From contig CAVUZH010000014.1 in assembly GCA_963745835.1 (NCBI GenBank), forward strand, positions 416,001 through 480,000: a stretch of DNA of 64,000 bases, given 5' to 3'. Below are positions 10,579 through 21,514 of the stretch, piece after piece (the stretch's first letter is position 1; the number at the start of each line of letters is the position of its first letter). The notes beneath the pieces were generated by a model, which ran no database searches, was not told where the DNA came from, and saw only the letters and a program-made list of their open reading frames with translations. The DNA comes from an uncultured delta proteobacterium (GTDB lineage: Bacteria > Desulfobacterota > Binatia > UBA9968). Made by a program: the position numbers and the translations under genes.

Positions 10579-10770
10579 CTAACTTGCGGGATTCTTGCTC
10601 AAGAGCAGGACTTTGCTATCAACCCATTCTATCGCCAGCTCCAATCCATGCGTCTCGGCTTCTTTCATCGTCTTGAATATCTTGCCCTCTATTCGCGCGA
10701 CTTCGATGATTTCAACCAGCGCGGCCGGTCTTGCAACCGAACCCGTCGATCCTTTACGCATTACGCACAA
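10579..10770 (-). CDS. Small protein, 'T-x2-EAE...WID' family
   Basis: FKTMKEAETHGLELAIEWVD; paralogs at 18933 and 36111. Confidence 0.55.
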   Translation of the reverse strand: MCVMRKGSTGSVARPAALVEIIEVARIEGKIFKTMKEAETHGLELAIEWVDSKVLLLSKNPAS

Positions 10771-10782
10771 AATGTGAACTCG

Positions 10783-11064
10783 TTACACGAAATCATTTCC
10801 GCTAAGCTCCGTCATGGCTGTGAGGGCCTTTGTGAGTCGACGCAGTTCCTCCAGATGGCCGTCCAGCCGGCTACATTCATCCTTTAAACCGATTATCAGC
10901 TCGCGGGTGTGTCGAGGATATCCTTCGTGTTTGTTGAGATCCATTTCGAGAAACTGAACCGCGCTGCAGATACTATTAGCTGAGTTGGCCAGATCATGCA
11001 CGATTTTAGTAATTGCGCTTTGCGGTGTGCTGTCATTGCCTGGTGTTTGCTCATCCATATCCAT
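10783..11064 (-). CDS. Stand-alone HisKA-like helical protein
   Basis: IVHDLANSANSI resembles an H-box; AGGAG RBS. Confidence 0.55.
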   Translation of the reverse strand: MDMDEQTPGNDSTPQSAITKIVHDLANSANSICSAVQFLEMDLNKHEGYPRHTRELIIGLKDECSRLDGHLEELRRLTKALTAMTELSGNDFV

Positions 11065-11073
11065 TTCTCCTAG

Positions 11074-11259
11074 TTATTGCGGGGTCGGATTCAGAATGCG
11101 CTGATATACCGCACGCTCCCTCCAGCAGCTTTGCTTGAACTCCGCGTCCATGATGACGCCCTTCTCGATCAGTAGCTTGGCGAGCGCGTCGGTCATCGCG
11201 AGAGTGGAGACCATGAGTTCTTCGAGCGATACAGGTTTGCCTTGTTCGAGTTCTGCCAT
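11074..11259 (-). CDS. Small hypothetical protein
   Basis: GGGAG RBS, directly downstream of SBP gene. Confidence 0.6.
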   Translation of the reverse strand: MAELEQGKPVSLEELMVSTLAMTDALAKLLIEKGVIMDAEFKQSCWRERAVYQRILNPTPQ

Positions 11260-11268
11260 TGCGTCTCC

Positions 11269-12256
11269 CTATTTGATCACCTTATCCGCCCGCGCCAGCA
11301 CGTTCGGCGGGATCGTGAGACCGATCTGCTTGGCTGTCTTCAGGTTGATCACTAACTCAAACTTCGTCGGCTGCTCGACGGGCAGGTCGCCCGGCTTCGC
11401 TCCCTTAAGAATCCTATCCACATAGATGGCAATGCGCTGATAGCGTTCCGTGCTGTCTCCACCGTAAGACATGAGTCCACCGGCATCTACAGCCCGCCTG
11501 TCGCTGTAAATCGACGGTAATCGCCTATTAAGTGTAAAGTCGACAATTCGTTTCTCGTTTGCACCGATTAACGGGTTTCTGCGGGGCACATAAAGCCCAT
11601 CCGGGCGCCACTCACTGATCGCACCGAATACCTTGTCAAAATCCCCCGTCGCTCGTACCTCCCAAGATTGAAGAGTCAACCGCAACTCACGCGTCGGGAT
11701 TGGGAGAACCTCTTTCAGATCTTGCACACTGTCCGGACGGGTTGGATCGTAGAGTACTGCGATACGCGAAAGTTTGGGTACGGCTTCTTTGAGCAGCTCC
11801 AGGCGCTTGCCGCCTCCCTCCCCGACAACATTGGTAATTCCGGTGACGTTACCGCCGGGACGCGCGAGGCTTTTAATCAGGCCGGCTTCGACCGGATCGA
11901 GCCCAGGTCCGGTCATAACGAGGGGAATTGTCTTGGTCTCGTTCATCGCCGCCCCGAATAACTGGGTCCGCTCCTGCGACCACTATGAGATCGACCTTGA
12001 GTTTCACCAGCTCGGCGGTAAGCTCAGGGATTCGATTGAGCTTCCCCTCCAAATACCGGTACTCGGTGACGATGTTCTTTCCTTCTATGTAGCCAAGCTC
12101 GCGCAATGCCAGCTGAATGGCCTCTGAACGGACGGAGTCACTCGTCGGATCGCTTGCTGCTAGATAACCTATGCGGTGGACTTTCCTTTGCTGCTGGGCC
12201 TCGGCAGAATCGACAGCGGCCAAAATTAAGCCGATCAGCAGAAGAACACCCCTCAT
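11269..12256 (-). CDS. ABC transporter substrate-binding protein, frameshifted in a G-run near 11952
   Basis: RIGYL, SLARPGGNVTG, GGLMSYG, GAKPGDLPVEQPTKFELVINLKTAKQIGL. Confidence 0.88.
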
Positions 12257-12269
12257 GCGTGATGCCTTT

Positions 12270-13259
12270 TCACTTAATCACCCTGTCCGTTTTTGCGAAT
12301 ATGCTGCTTGGAATTGTCAAACCAAGTTGCTTCGCTGTTTTCAAGTTAATCACTAGCTCGAATTTTGTCGGCTGCTCAACCGGAAGATCGGCGGGCTTTG
12401 CGCCTTTGAGAATCTTGTCAATGTAGAAAGCGGCGCGGCGAAAAGCCTCCAGATCGTTGGCTGAATAGGACATCAAGCCACCTTGTTCTACCCAGGTGTG
12501 TCCCTCGAATATCGAGGGTAGTCGGTTCTCTATTGCTAGTTCTCCAATCCGCCTCTGGTGTCGAATTAGGTTTCCATTAGTGATGGTGATGAGGGCATTG
12601 GCACCTCCTTTCGCCGCGCTCTGAATCGCTCCCTCAATATCAGGATTCGCACCTCGCACGGCGACAGATTGAACATTTACCTTTAGAGCGCGTCCGGCAG
12701 ACTCATATTCTTTAATACGGTTAGCCGTGTTTTTGCTGTCTGCATCTCGAAGAACTCCGATCTTAGATAGTTGCGGCACGACTTCGGTAAGCAACTGAAT
12801 CCGTTTTCCACTTAAGTCTCGGCCCAGTGTGTTCAGTCCGGTTATATTGCCACCAGGACGAGCCAAGCTATCAACTATTCCAGCTGCAACTGAATCAACA
12901 CCAGCTACCATCACAATCGGAATCGTCTTGGTGGCCTGCTTAGCTGCGAGTATTGCTGGCAGAATCGGTACGACAAGCACATCCACATTGAGTTGGACTA
13001 GCTCGGCTACGAGACTTTCTACTACACGGTCCGCTTTTCCTTCCGCGCCGCGATACTCAATCTTGAAATTCTTGCCCTCAATATAGCCGAGTTCTTTCAA
13101 CCCCTGTCGCAATGCCTCAACGTAAGGTCCCTGATTTAAGGCATCGCCGGTCCCTGAGACATAGCCTATACGTGGAATTTTGGTTGGCTGCTGCGCCTCA
13201 GCAACACCAGCGCTCATGAGGTTCAGCAGCAGCAGTAAAGACAAAACGCATTTGTTCAT
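12270..13259 (-). CDS. ABC transporter substrate-binding protein
   Basis: Signal peptide and the same family motifs. Confidence 0.93.
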   Translation of the reverse strand: MNKCVLSLLLLLNLMSAGVAEAQQPTKIPRIGYVSGTGDALNQGPYVEALRQGLKELGYIEGKNFKIEYRGAEGKADRVVESLVAELVQLNVDVLVVPILPAILAAKQATKTIPIVMVAGVDSVAAGIVDSLARPGGNITGLNTLGRDLSGKRIQLLTEVVPQLSKIGVLRDADSKNTANRIKEYESAGRALKVNVQSVAVRGANPDIEGAIQSAAKGGANALITITNGNLIRHQRRIGELAIENRLPSIFEGHTWVEQGGLMSYSANDLEAFRRAAFYIDKILKGAKPADLPVEQPTKFELVINLKTAKQLGLTIPSSIFAKTDRVIK

Positions 13260-13726
13260 CCCTGCTTTTACTGCTGTTCGCTAGAGTTTGTCTAATGATT
13301 TTATTGTGGAAGAATCTCGTTCAGCATCGACGCCAGTCTCGCTCCAGCTTGCGCCAGCCGCGTCCGAATCACAGCGCGTACCGATTCGACGTAAGTTGCG
13401 TCAATCCGAAATCGTTTCAGGTAGTGCTCCTACGGGCGGCCGTCTAAGTGTCTCATTTTTACAGGTCAAAATTTTGCCGTTGTATTGTATGTGAGACAGT
13501 GGCGATAGCCGAATCTCCGCTAATCGAAAGCGCAACGAGCAACCTCCGCTTTACGCATCCATAAGAGCGCGATGGCTGGAACAGCGCAAGCTAAAGCTGC
13601 CAACGAGCGCAAGCAATTAGCATTGGGACCATGGAAGCACGAGCTTCAAGCACGCCAACGGTCACGACACTGGCCTGTCCGTTGCTATCTCGGTGATGCA
13701 ACAAAGTAGCAGGTTTCGGGTCCCTA

Positions 13727-14998
13727 ATGACCCCATGGGGAGGCCCAATGAATCGTCTAAACGCGTGTTGCGATCTTTTGACTAAGGATGAATATGCCGG
13801 ACGAGCGGGGAAGTTGGGCGTGATCGTACTGCTTCTGATCATTTCGCTCGTAAGCTCACTACCTATTCCAGCAGCCGGGCAAGCACCACCGCTGATGGGC
13901 GAGGGAATGCACAGCTTACTGGATATCCCGAGTATCACCAGTCCTGACCGGTGCCCGACGGGTCCCGTCAGCTTTACTGTGTCTGGGATCGCCGTTGGTC
14001 CATATCCTGGAACGTTCACTGAGTCCATAACAATTGCTGGGAACACCTTCGAGGCATCATTTGCCATCGATAGCGCAATCGACGTAGCAGGTACTAAGTC
14101 GGGTACAGTGTCTTTCGAATGTTTCACATTTTTTACCAGCTCCGCACAAGTTCTCTCCATCGGATTCGAGGGCACAGCCATGTATAATGCGGATGTTCCA
14201 GACCAAGGGATTGCGCAGGTGGGTGGCAACTTTTTTATCGTCACCGACCTGATGGGAACAGTCCAGAACCGCGGGGGTGCATTCAGCCAGCGATTTGTTC
14301 TTTCTACGCTTGGCCCACCTTTCGCTCTACTCCTCCAACCAGTCGCAGATACCAATGAAGTCGGGACCCGGCACACCGTTACAGCGCGCGTCGTCGATGC
14401 GCTCGGACGGCCGATACCAGGTGTTGAGGTTGATTTTATCGTCGAGGGATCTGTCAATACGGCAGGCTCCTGTACAACAAACTCTACTGGGCAGTGTGAG
14501 TTCTCCTATACTGGGCCGCAGTTCCCTGGCGCTGACTTGATTACGGCCTTCGTGGACAGCGACCGAGATAACACCTTCGATCCGGGTGAACCGATCTCAG
14601 AAGCAACGAAAGCGTGGGTTCTCCCATCATCGACGCCGGGGCAAGTCACCGGTGGAGGTCAAATCAACAAGGCACTAATCCTCGAAAGCGTCGCCTTCGG
14701 GTTCAATGCTCGGTCAACCCTAACGAGCTTCCAGGGACATTGTAACGTGGTTGATCGTGAGGCCGGGATTCACATCAAGTGCCTTGACGTGGAGGCGCTG
14801 GTTGTCGTTGGTACGCATGCAACCATTTTTGGGCGTGCGACAGTCAATGGCACTCAAACAAGGTATCGGATACTGGTGGACGATCTTGACGAACCAGGGA
14901 GATTTCGCGATACGTTTTCAATCATCACAGAAAACGGCTATGCGGCGACTGGGCTGGTGACGCAAGGAAATATACAGATCCATGGTAGTCTAAGGTAG
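13727..14998 (+). CDS. Secreted protein with Ig-like domain and C-terminal post-COAP-1-like domain
   Basis: Signal peptide; HTVTARVVDALGRPIPGVEVDF Ig-like; VTGGGQI...FGFNA...DEPGRFRDTFSI...GNIQIH; start uncertain. Confidence 0.75.
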   Translation: MTPWGGPMNRLNACCDLLTKDEYAGRAGKLGVIVLLLIISLVSSLPIPAAGQAPPLMGEGMHSLLDIPSITSPDRCPTGPVSFTVSGIAVGPYPGTFTESITIAGNTFEASFAIDSAIDVAGTKSGTVSFECFTFFTSSAQVLSIGFEGTAMYNADVPDQGIAQVGGNFFIVTDLMGTVQNRGGAFSQRFVLSTLGPPFALLLQPVADTNEVGTRHTVTARVVDALGRPIPGVEVDFIVEGSVNTAGSCTTNSTGQCEFSYTGPQFPGADLITAFVDSDRDNTFDPGEPISEATKAWVLPSSTPGQVTGGGQINKALILESVAFGFNARSTLTSFQGHCNVVDREAGIHIKCLDVEALVVVGTHATIFGRATVNGTQTRYRILVDDLDEPGRFRDTFSIITENGYAATGLVTQGNIQIHGSLR

Positions 14999-15102
14999 TC
15001 AGCCGTTCTGCCACGGGGCGTCGTGCCGCTGTCCATTCACGCGCGGCGCCCGTTTTGCCTGCGCCGGTGTATTACGTCCCGAGCACAATGCCGAGGTAAC
15101 CG

Positions 15103-15985
15103 CTACATTGCGGACAGAGGCGAGCTAGATAGGTTGCCGTAGGCGAGATGATCTGTTGTGTGTACTATTGCTTCGCGCCACTTGTGACGAACATAATACA
15201 AGTTTGGGTCAATCCCTGCGGCACACAACGCTTTACCCCAACTCCCGAACTGCTTCTCGGCGGCACGCACCAGCGGCAGATGGTCACGTCGTGCTTCCGC
15301 GTATACCAGCGGCTGCTTGCGTCTATGCATCCGAGAAAGCGCTGTTGTAATCCTCCCCTTGGGTGACGTAGCGCGATCTTTTTTGGCTGCAGCGATGGCT
15401 GTTTGCAAACTCCCGAAGTAATAAACTGCCGACGATTTTAGCGAGTGAGGAACATCCCTTTTTGGATAGCCATGTACAGCGTCGTCCAATGCTCTTAGAA
15501 TCCCGAGACGACTTCCATATGCGTACTTTGGAATCTCTATGCCAGCAGCAATAAGAGCCTTTCGCCACGACCCGAATTGACGTAGTGCAGCAGAGAACAG
15601 CTTCTTGTGATTGTTCAGGACGTACTTGGCGTACAGCGGTGAATGTTGTTTTCTCAGGCGTTGCATTTGGCTGATAAGTTTTGCCTGATCCCAAAAAGCC
15701 CACATCCGCATCTGCTCTGGAGCGAACCCCGCTGCACTGAGAGCTTTGTCCAGTCACCGAAAAGCCAAACCGCCTGGTTATAAAGATGTGGACGGTTGTC
15801 TCGCAGGTATTCAGCGAAGACCTGTCCGTGCTTCTTATGAATCTTCTTAATCGCAGCAATCCACTCCTGCTTATTAAGCGCATGATAGTCATTTCGGGAA
15901 CTGTGATTTGTGCGGAATGATTTGGAGCAGAGCTTGTCTGGGCTGAGACGGTACTCCTGTATGTAGGTTTCACGGTCGATGCCAT
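15103..15985 (-). CDS. Protein with homing-endonuclease-associated FGSW..AL.AAG repeats; frameshifted 5' part
   Basis: FGSWRKALIAAGI, FGSLQTAIAAAK, FGSWGKALCAAGI plus a broken FGDW copy near 15750. Confidence 0.65.
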
Positions 15986-16356
15986 GCTTAGAAAGGTGGC
16001 GGCCGCTTATGACGCGACGATATTCTCCACAGATACGGCACCGAACAGAGGCGACGCTCTCCTTACCGTCGAGCCACTGGAGACCCCGGGAACCGCGGTG
16101 TTTTTTCTTGTGTTATGCGAGTCATGGTTGCAGTCGGAGGCGAGGTATATATCGGTGAGGTAGGCTACAAGTCAAGGCTGTAGTTTTGGGTTGCATTCCC
16201 GAACAGTGATCAAAGCTTAAGCCTGCGAATAATGTTGATTTATATCTTCGTAAACAAAGTTGCATCTCTTTCAAGCGTATCGTTTACAGCGCGACCTGAC
16301 CGATGCCAATTTCACTGCGTTTTGCAATGATTCCACCCGATTTTAACCGCACTTCA

Positions 16357-16372
16357 TGGCATTACCATTGCT
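16357..16372 (+). promoter_or_regulatory. Putative sigma-54 promoter
   Basis: TGGCATTACCATTGCT, 111 bp upstream of the 16484 ORF. Confidence 0.6.
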
Positions 16373-16483
16373 CATTTGGTTCTCGTGCGAACGTTGCGGC
16401 CGGTTGAGTAAGAAAATCGAATAATCGTTGCGTCAGGCATCACAATGACTCACTACCCGATAACTGGCATGGGGGTTTGAAAC

Positions 16484-16744
16484 ATGGAAGCAGAAATTAT
16501 CCTAAAGGCCGAAGAAAAAGAACGCCTATTTCAAATAGCTCCGGAAAATTCACCTGCTCGTTTTGCTCTTGCGAACGCTCGGTCCGACAACAATCAACCT
16601 GAATTAGTGGTTATAAACTGCGACGAGGAGGCGGCATATGGGCTGCTGGAAGCTGCAGCACCGCATTGTGGCGGCGCCTGGAGGGTAATGAATTACCAGA
16701 TGACTAGACTCGGGCTTTTGAAATCCAGAGCACATCTGAGATAG
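16484..16744 (+). CDS. Small protein, 'C-x9-A-x2-H-C' family
   Basis: VVINCDEEAAYGLLEAAAPHCGGA; paralogs at 27707 and 42096. Confidence 0.7.
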   Translation: MEAEIILKAEEKERLFQIAPENSPARFALANARSDNNQPELVVINCDEEAAYGLLEAAAPHCGGAWRVMNYQMTRLGLLKSRAHLR

Positions 16745-16954
16745 CCTGAACAGATCTATACTCCTCGGGCTTCCGGTTGGGAAGCAACATCACGTTCCAT
16801 ATCAAGAGTTAGACGAGGGCAACAAACGCAAGGTTGAGCGCCTCCTTCCAATAATGTCTTCGGGCTTATACTGGCATATACGCTTTGAGGATCTGCAACT
16901 TAAAGGCTTTCAGGATAACGGTGCGGTGTACGAAACCGGGCGGCTCCGTCTAAG

Positions 16955-17647
16955 CTATAAAAGGCGTCCCTGCGGATCTCGCGCAGCCTGAATGCACTCC
17001 GCGCTGTCATATTCTGGCTTATTTACTAGCGGTGATACGTCATGGGCCTGCATCTGTTCAGATGGGAACGGGGCAAGCACGGCCGCGATGTCCGCCGACC
17101 GGGTACTGAGTCGAGGATCTAGCCATTGCTTTGCCTGCAGCGCATCGAAGATCACAGGCATACGGTTGTGAATGCGTCTCAGCAGGGCGTTAGGGACGGT
17201 GGTTATGATCGTAAAGCTGTGGAGCGCCTCCCCGTCCACATCTCGCCACAAATCCCATAGACCAGCGAACGCGAACGGCTGTTTTTTCTTCAGGTGAAAC
17301 CAAACCGGATTTTTATCCCGGCCTTCTCGACGCCACTCAAAAAACCCATCTGCGGGTATAAGACAGCGCTTGCTCTCAACCAGCCGGCGATAGCTCGGTT
17401 TCTCCGTGATTGTCTCGGCTCGCTCATTGATCATGTTATTACCGATCGATGGATCCGGCGCCCACGACGGAACCAAGCCCCACTTCATTGGCTTTAGTTC
17501 GTTGACGCCGTCGTTCTGAACTATGACCGGCACTTCTTGGGAAGGTGCGATGTTATAGCGCGGGCTTAGTAGTGAAATCTCTCGCTGGAGGTTGAAGAGC
17601 AGCTTTATTTCTCGGAACTCAAATGAAGCAGTGAATCGGCCACACAT
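16955..17647 (-). CDS. SOS response-associated peptidase (SRAP/YedK/HMCES family)
   Basis: MCGRF N-terminus, RYNIAP, WGLVP, RCLIPADGFFEW, IHNRMPVI. Confidence 0.95.
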   Translation of the reverse strand: MCGRFTASFEFREIKLLFNLQREISLLSPRYNIAPSQEVPVIVQNDGVNELKPMKWGLVPSWAPDPSIGNNMINERAETITEKPSYRRLVESKRCLIPADGFFEWRREGRDKNPVWFHLKKKQPFAFAGLWDLWRDVDGEALHSFTIITTVPNALLRRIHNRMPVIFDALQAKQWLDPRLSTRSADIAAVLAPFPSEQMQAHDVSPLVNKPEYDSAECIQAARDPQGRLL

Positions 17648-17907
17648 AATGGCGTTAAGCTATAACATGGTTGGCGCCCTTTTTCATTTCTCGCGAATAA
17701 CGTCACGCGATTCTTATCGTCTTGAAACCGCAAAATTTGAATGGACGATAAGCTCATATCGTCAGTACGGTTCGCAAACCCTGCGGTCGCTCCCAAAAAG
17801 AGAATTTATAAACGAGATGACCAATGATATACGTTCCTGTAGTAGCTGCTAAAAAGTTTGCCAAAACAGCAACTGGATATTAGATTATAATGGAGGTTTA
17901 ATTCTCA

Positions 17908-18144
17908 ATGAACACGATCAAGAAAAAACTGCTAATCTTACTAACCGCGGCGGTTATGGTTGCGCCTGCCGGTTGTAAACGGAGCGAGGATGGGGAAGGC
18001 CCTGCAGAACAAGTCGGTCGAAAGATCGACTCTGGTTTCAACGCTGTCGAGAAAGCCGGTCAGGAAACCGGTAAGCTAATGGAACGAGCGGGTGAGTCCA
18101 TGCAGAAGGCAGGAGAAAGCATGCAAGACAAGCCGAAAGAATAG
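17908..18144 (+). CDS. Small lipoprotein
   Basis: GGAGG RBS, lipobox-like PAGC, GPAEQVGRKID. Confidence 0.8.
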   Translation: MNTIKKKLLILLTAAVMVAPAGCKRSEDGEGPAEQVGRKIDSGFNAVEKAGQETGKLMERAGESMQKAGESMQDKPKE

Positions 18145-18932
18145 GCGTACAATAGTCCAGCACAAAATTAGGTCCTACAGCAGGATCAGCAGCTTCAAAA
18201 GATCCCTTGCTTATCACCTTGTCATCAACTCATCACGAGAGCCGATCTCCACTCGAACCCTGCCCGCCAGCTCAGGAATGTTGGCTTCTATGAACCGCCG
18301 CAGTTTAAGTCTTAGCTGCTCTTCAAGCGGTAGCCGAGCCTCACCTTGCCGCAGATCGCTGGGTGCAATCGTATTCATCTAAATGAGGGGGCTCCTCTTC
18401 AGCGCAAATTCAGTTGGAGACACGCCGCCTCATTCCGTGCAAACAGGCTTCACTCTGGCGCCGCTTTCTCTCCGGCGCCACATTCACTGTAATGGCCGCT
18501 TGATCATGAAATGTAGCTTCTCAACCTTGCGCGTAAGCTGGCCTTCAAGCGTGATCACGGCCGACACCACGTCCAGCAGCTGAGAAACGTTCCCGCTTCT
18601 AATCTCGACTTCCTCGTCCGTGAACTCGGCGGTTTTCGGAAGTTTGTTGACGATCGATCGATAGCGCTGCAGGGCTCGCTTGATCTCGGTTACGCATCGC
18701 CGAAAGTCCACGGTTTGTTCTGTCCCTCGACCATCGCGACCTCTTCAGACCACGCCGCAAACTGCTCGCGGCTTTTTTCCATCAATTTGTGAAGCTCTTC
18801 ATATTGAATCCGCCAAAGCCGCAATTGATCTGGAGTTGCCCTGTCTAAATCGTCTTCGGAGTTCATGGGCTCGTTCGGCCCCGGGCGAGCTCCAACCCCG
18901 TGAGCCGACACCAATTCAAGCCGCCGCCTGCT

Positions 18933-19145
18933 TCAAAGTTTTACATCGATCCATTTTTTCGAGAATACCAGGCCGGCCCGCTCTGCTTGCTGAGCGGTAT
19001 CGTAATCAAGATCTAGCTGGAGATACTCGACCACCTCAACTCCATCCTTCAAAAACTTGACCGTGCAGCTTGATCTCCATCTGAGCCCCTTAGCGCTTCG
19101 TAGAGTTGTGATCAGAATGATCGCGTCTTTGTAAGAGTCTTGCAT
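18933..19145 (-). CDS. Small protein, 'T-x2-EAE...WID' family
   Basis: YDTAQQAERAGLVFSKKWID. Confidence 0.65.
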   Translation of the reverse strand: MQDSYKDAIILITTLRSAKGLRWRSSCTVKFLKDGVEVVEYLQLDLDYDTAQQAERAGLVFSKKWIDVKL

Positions 19146-19494
19146 ACATCTTCTCTCTTTTGCACTTGAAGGCACATCGCAAGAGGAAGATGTTCAATAT
19201 TAGACCCTGCGGCTGAGGCGGGCGCGCCTGTAGCGGTTCAGATCACAGACACAGGAAAATCCAAACTGCTAGGAGAACTACGATCAAATCCAAAGCGGCA
19301 TGTACGACTAACAGGTGAGCGTCATCGGTGCCGTAATACGTCAATGATTGATCGGAACTGGGATTGTCAAAGATGCGCATCAGGTATTCCTTGGGACAGA
19401 TTCAGCAAACTTTACTCGGTCTCAGTTTTGCCGGCAAATGATCCTAAATCACTCTTTCCATTTTATACTAACAGAGTCGGCTAACGGCGGATAA

Positions 19495-19872
19495 ATGAAA
19501 ATTTTGATCGTCGAAGACGATGCGGATATGCGCGATCTATTACGTCTTATACTAGAACGATCGTACTATGTTCCGATCGTTGCGAGTCACGGTAAAGAGG
19601 GCGTGGAAAAAGCTATTTCGGAAAAGCCGAAGTTGATCCTGATGGACATGATGATGCCGGTAATGGACGGCTGGGAAGCGGCGCGAGCCATTCGCGCCAA
19701 TCCCGACACGAAGAATATTCCGATTTTGGCAACAACCGTGCTGTTTCGTCCTCATGAACTAAAAGCCTGCCTGGAAGCGGGCTGCAATGCCTACATGGTC
19801 AGGCCGTTTAACGTTCTCGATCTCCAGGACAAAATTAGACAACTGGTAACCGCTCCTATCGCCGAAGTATAG
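19495..19872 (+). CDS. Single-domain response regulator (DivK-like)
   Basis: KILIVEDD...LILMDMMMPVMDG. Confidence 0.92.
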   Translation: MKILIVEDDADMRDLLRLILERSYYVPIVASHGKEGVEKAISEKPKLILMDMMMPVMDGWEAARAIRANPDTKNIPILATTVLFRPHELKACLEAGCNAYMVRPFNVLDLQDKIRQLVTAPIAEV

Positions 19873-20069
19873 GACCGCGTGTGACAACCCGAACCTGCTT
19901 CGGCTGTGCCGGCGCATTCGGTCCAATCCTATCGATCACGAGACTAAGCGCATTCTGAATGCTGCCCTGAACCGTCTTCAAATCTGGCGATCGGCTGAGC
20001 GCTTGAGCTATCAGCGTTGCCTCTGGGTTAACCTGAAACTTAGGCCAGAACGTGAAATGCTCAACGCTG

Positions 20070-20206
20070 CTAAGTAACGCCGCCATGGCATCTCTCTGCC
20101 CAACTATCGAGCGACTGAAATGCTGGGAGTGAACCAAATAGACTTTTATGCTGAATGGCGGAGATGATATCGGGTGTTTTCTTAGGCTTAGGCATTCCCA
20201 TTATGG
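20070..20206 (-). pseudogene. Possible N-terminal remnant of a phage terminase large subunit
   Basis: PDIISAIQHKSLFGSLPAFQSLDSW resembles the N-terminus of some TerL proteins; recognition from memory only. Confidence 0.35.
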
Positions 20207-20273
20207 TGTCCCCTTGAACTGAAAAGGGTTTGTGATATTTACCCCGGACATTTTGCACCGGGAGATACTTACT

Positions 20274-20579
20274 ATGACTCTATTCTGGTCCAGGCATAAC
20301 GAACAAACTTTCCTTGCACTATTGTTGACGATCCTTTTCCTGGCTGTTTGTCTCAGCGGTTGCAGTAACAAAGATTCGCTAGAGTCTTTGGAGATCGATG
20401 TTGTGGCGTGGAATGAAAAAGTAGACAAACTCAAAGCCAAAATAAAAAAGGCTGCTGCTGACAATGATCGAATTGCCCATCGGAACAACGAAGAAGAGGC
20501 TAAACGTCTCGAAGTTGAGCTAGGGGAATTACTGGACCGCACTACTGCATTAGAGGCAGAAAAAGAAGGACGGATCTGA
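20274..20579 (+). CDS. Small coiled-coil lipoprotein
   Basis: Hydrophobic signal with LSGC lipobox; GGGAG RBS. Confidence 0.7.
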   Translation: MTLFWSRHNEQTFLALLLTILFLAVCLSGCSNKDSLESLEIDVVAWNEKVDKLKAKIKKAAADNDRIAHRNNEEEAKRLEVELGELLDRTTALEAEKEGRI

Positions 20580-20785
20580 GCTTTAAGCATCCAGGGTTCC
20601 AACCTCAGCAAGCATTTGCCCGCGCTCAACGGACGGACCGGTGTCTTGATGCGCTTGATCATTGATTGTCTGCTGATCGTCGTCGTCAAAGATGCCCACT
20701 GTGTCGTCTCCTTGCGCCGAAGAAGATTTCTCTGTATATACGCTTCGCCTTTGGGCTCGAATTACCTAACACCGGGAGTACTCAC

Positions 20786-20917
20786 ATGATCAAAACTGCC
20801 AAGCTGCAAAAGCTCTCGTCGGAAAAGGCGGAAGATTTCTTACTTGTCTCAGCAACACTGATCTTCACAGTGGGTCTCTATCTGCTGCTTACGTATCTGT
20901 TCATCAACACATTTTAA
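20786..20917 (+). CDS. 43-aa single-TM protein
   Basis: GGGAG RBS; FLLVSATLIFTVGLYLLLTYLFI. Confidence 0.6.
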   Translation: MIKTAKLQKLSSEKAEDFLLVSATLIFTVGLYLLLTYLFINTF

Positions 20918-21052
20918 GCAGATTACTTCACCGGTCCGCAGCGCCGCCCGTCCTGATCATAAAGAATCGTCACAGATTACCATTGTGTCGTCATTGCAAA
21001 TAAGAAGGTTTGTGATATTTAACCCGCCGCATTTGCGCTGGGGGATACTCAC

Positions 21053-21235
21053 ATGTTCAAGTGGCGTGGACTCTGGTCGGAGTATAAGGAAGAGACCTTG
21101 TATGTGTTAGCCATGATGATCGTTTTCTCCGGAGTGTTTTTCCTGATTTCCTACTTAATGGTCGAGAGCCTTGAACAGCATACTTCACCGGACCCGCTAG
21201 ACCGCCCGTCTTCGATCCGGTCATGGTCTTTTTGA
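21053..21235 (+). CDS. 60-aa single-TM protein
   Basis: GGGGA RBS; LYVLAMMIVFSGVFFLISYLMV. Confidence 0.6.
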   Translation: MFKWRGLWSEYKEETLYVLAMMIVFSGVFFLISYLMVESLEQHTSPDPLDRPSSIRSWSF

Positions 21236-21250
21236 CGATGGCACCGAACT

Positions 21251-21514
21251 CTAAAAACCTGTCCTTTGGAGAATCGCATTGAACTCCACGATGCCAACCT
21301 CGTCCAGCATTGCTTTCGCACGTCGCAACACATAGCGATGGATGCGACAACGATCAGAGCAAGCTAGCCTAACCGGTGCGTGATTGTTCTTTGTAGCCAT
21401 TGGAGCATCACAGAACGGATTAGAGCATCGTTCAGGATGCTTTTGGAACTCCGTTAATGGCTCACTGCCGGATGATTGAGCGTTAACTCTTACCATTGCC
21501 TTCCTCTGCACCAT
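21251..21514 (-). CDS. Zinc-finger protein (CxNPxC...CSDRCR)
   Basis: CSNPFC...ACSDRCR; paralog remnant at 42360-42527. Confidence 0.6.
   Translation of the reverse strand: MVQRKAMVRVNAQSSGSEPLTEFQKHPERCSNPFCDAPMATKNNHAPVRLACSDRCRIHRYVLRRAKAMLDEVGIVEFNAILQRTGF

Noticed and set aside
13591-14457. 288-aa minus-strand ORF and other antisense ORFs over SBP, cox and ubiD genes
   Set aside because: Shadow frames of well-supported genes on the opposite strand with no motifs
18484-18914. Two short coiled-coil ORFs, possibly one broken gene
   Set aside because: No recognisable motif; cannot be called from sequence alone
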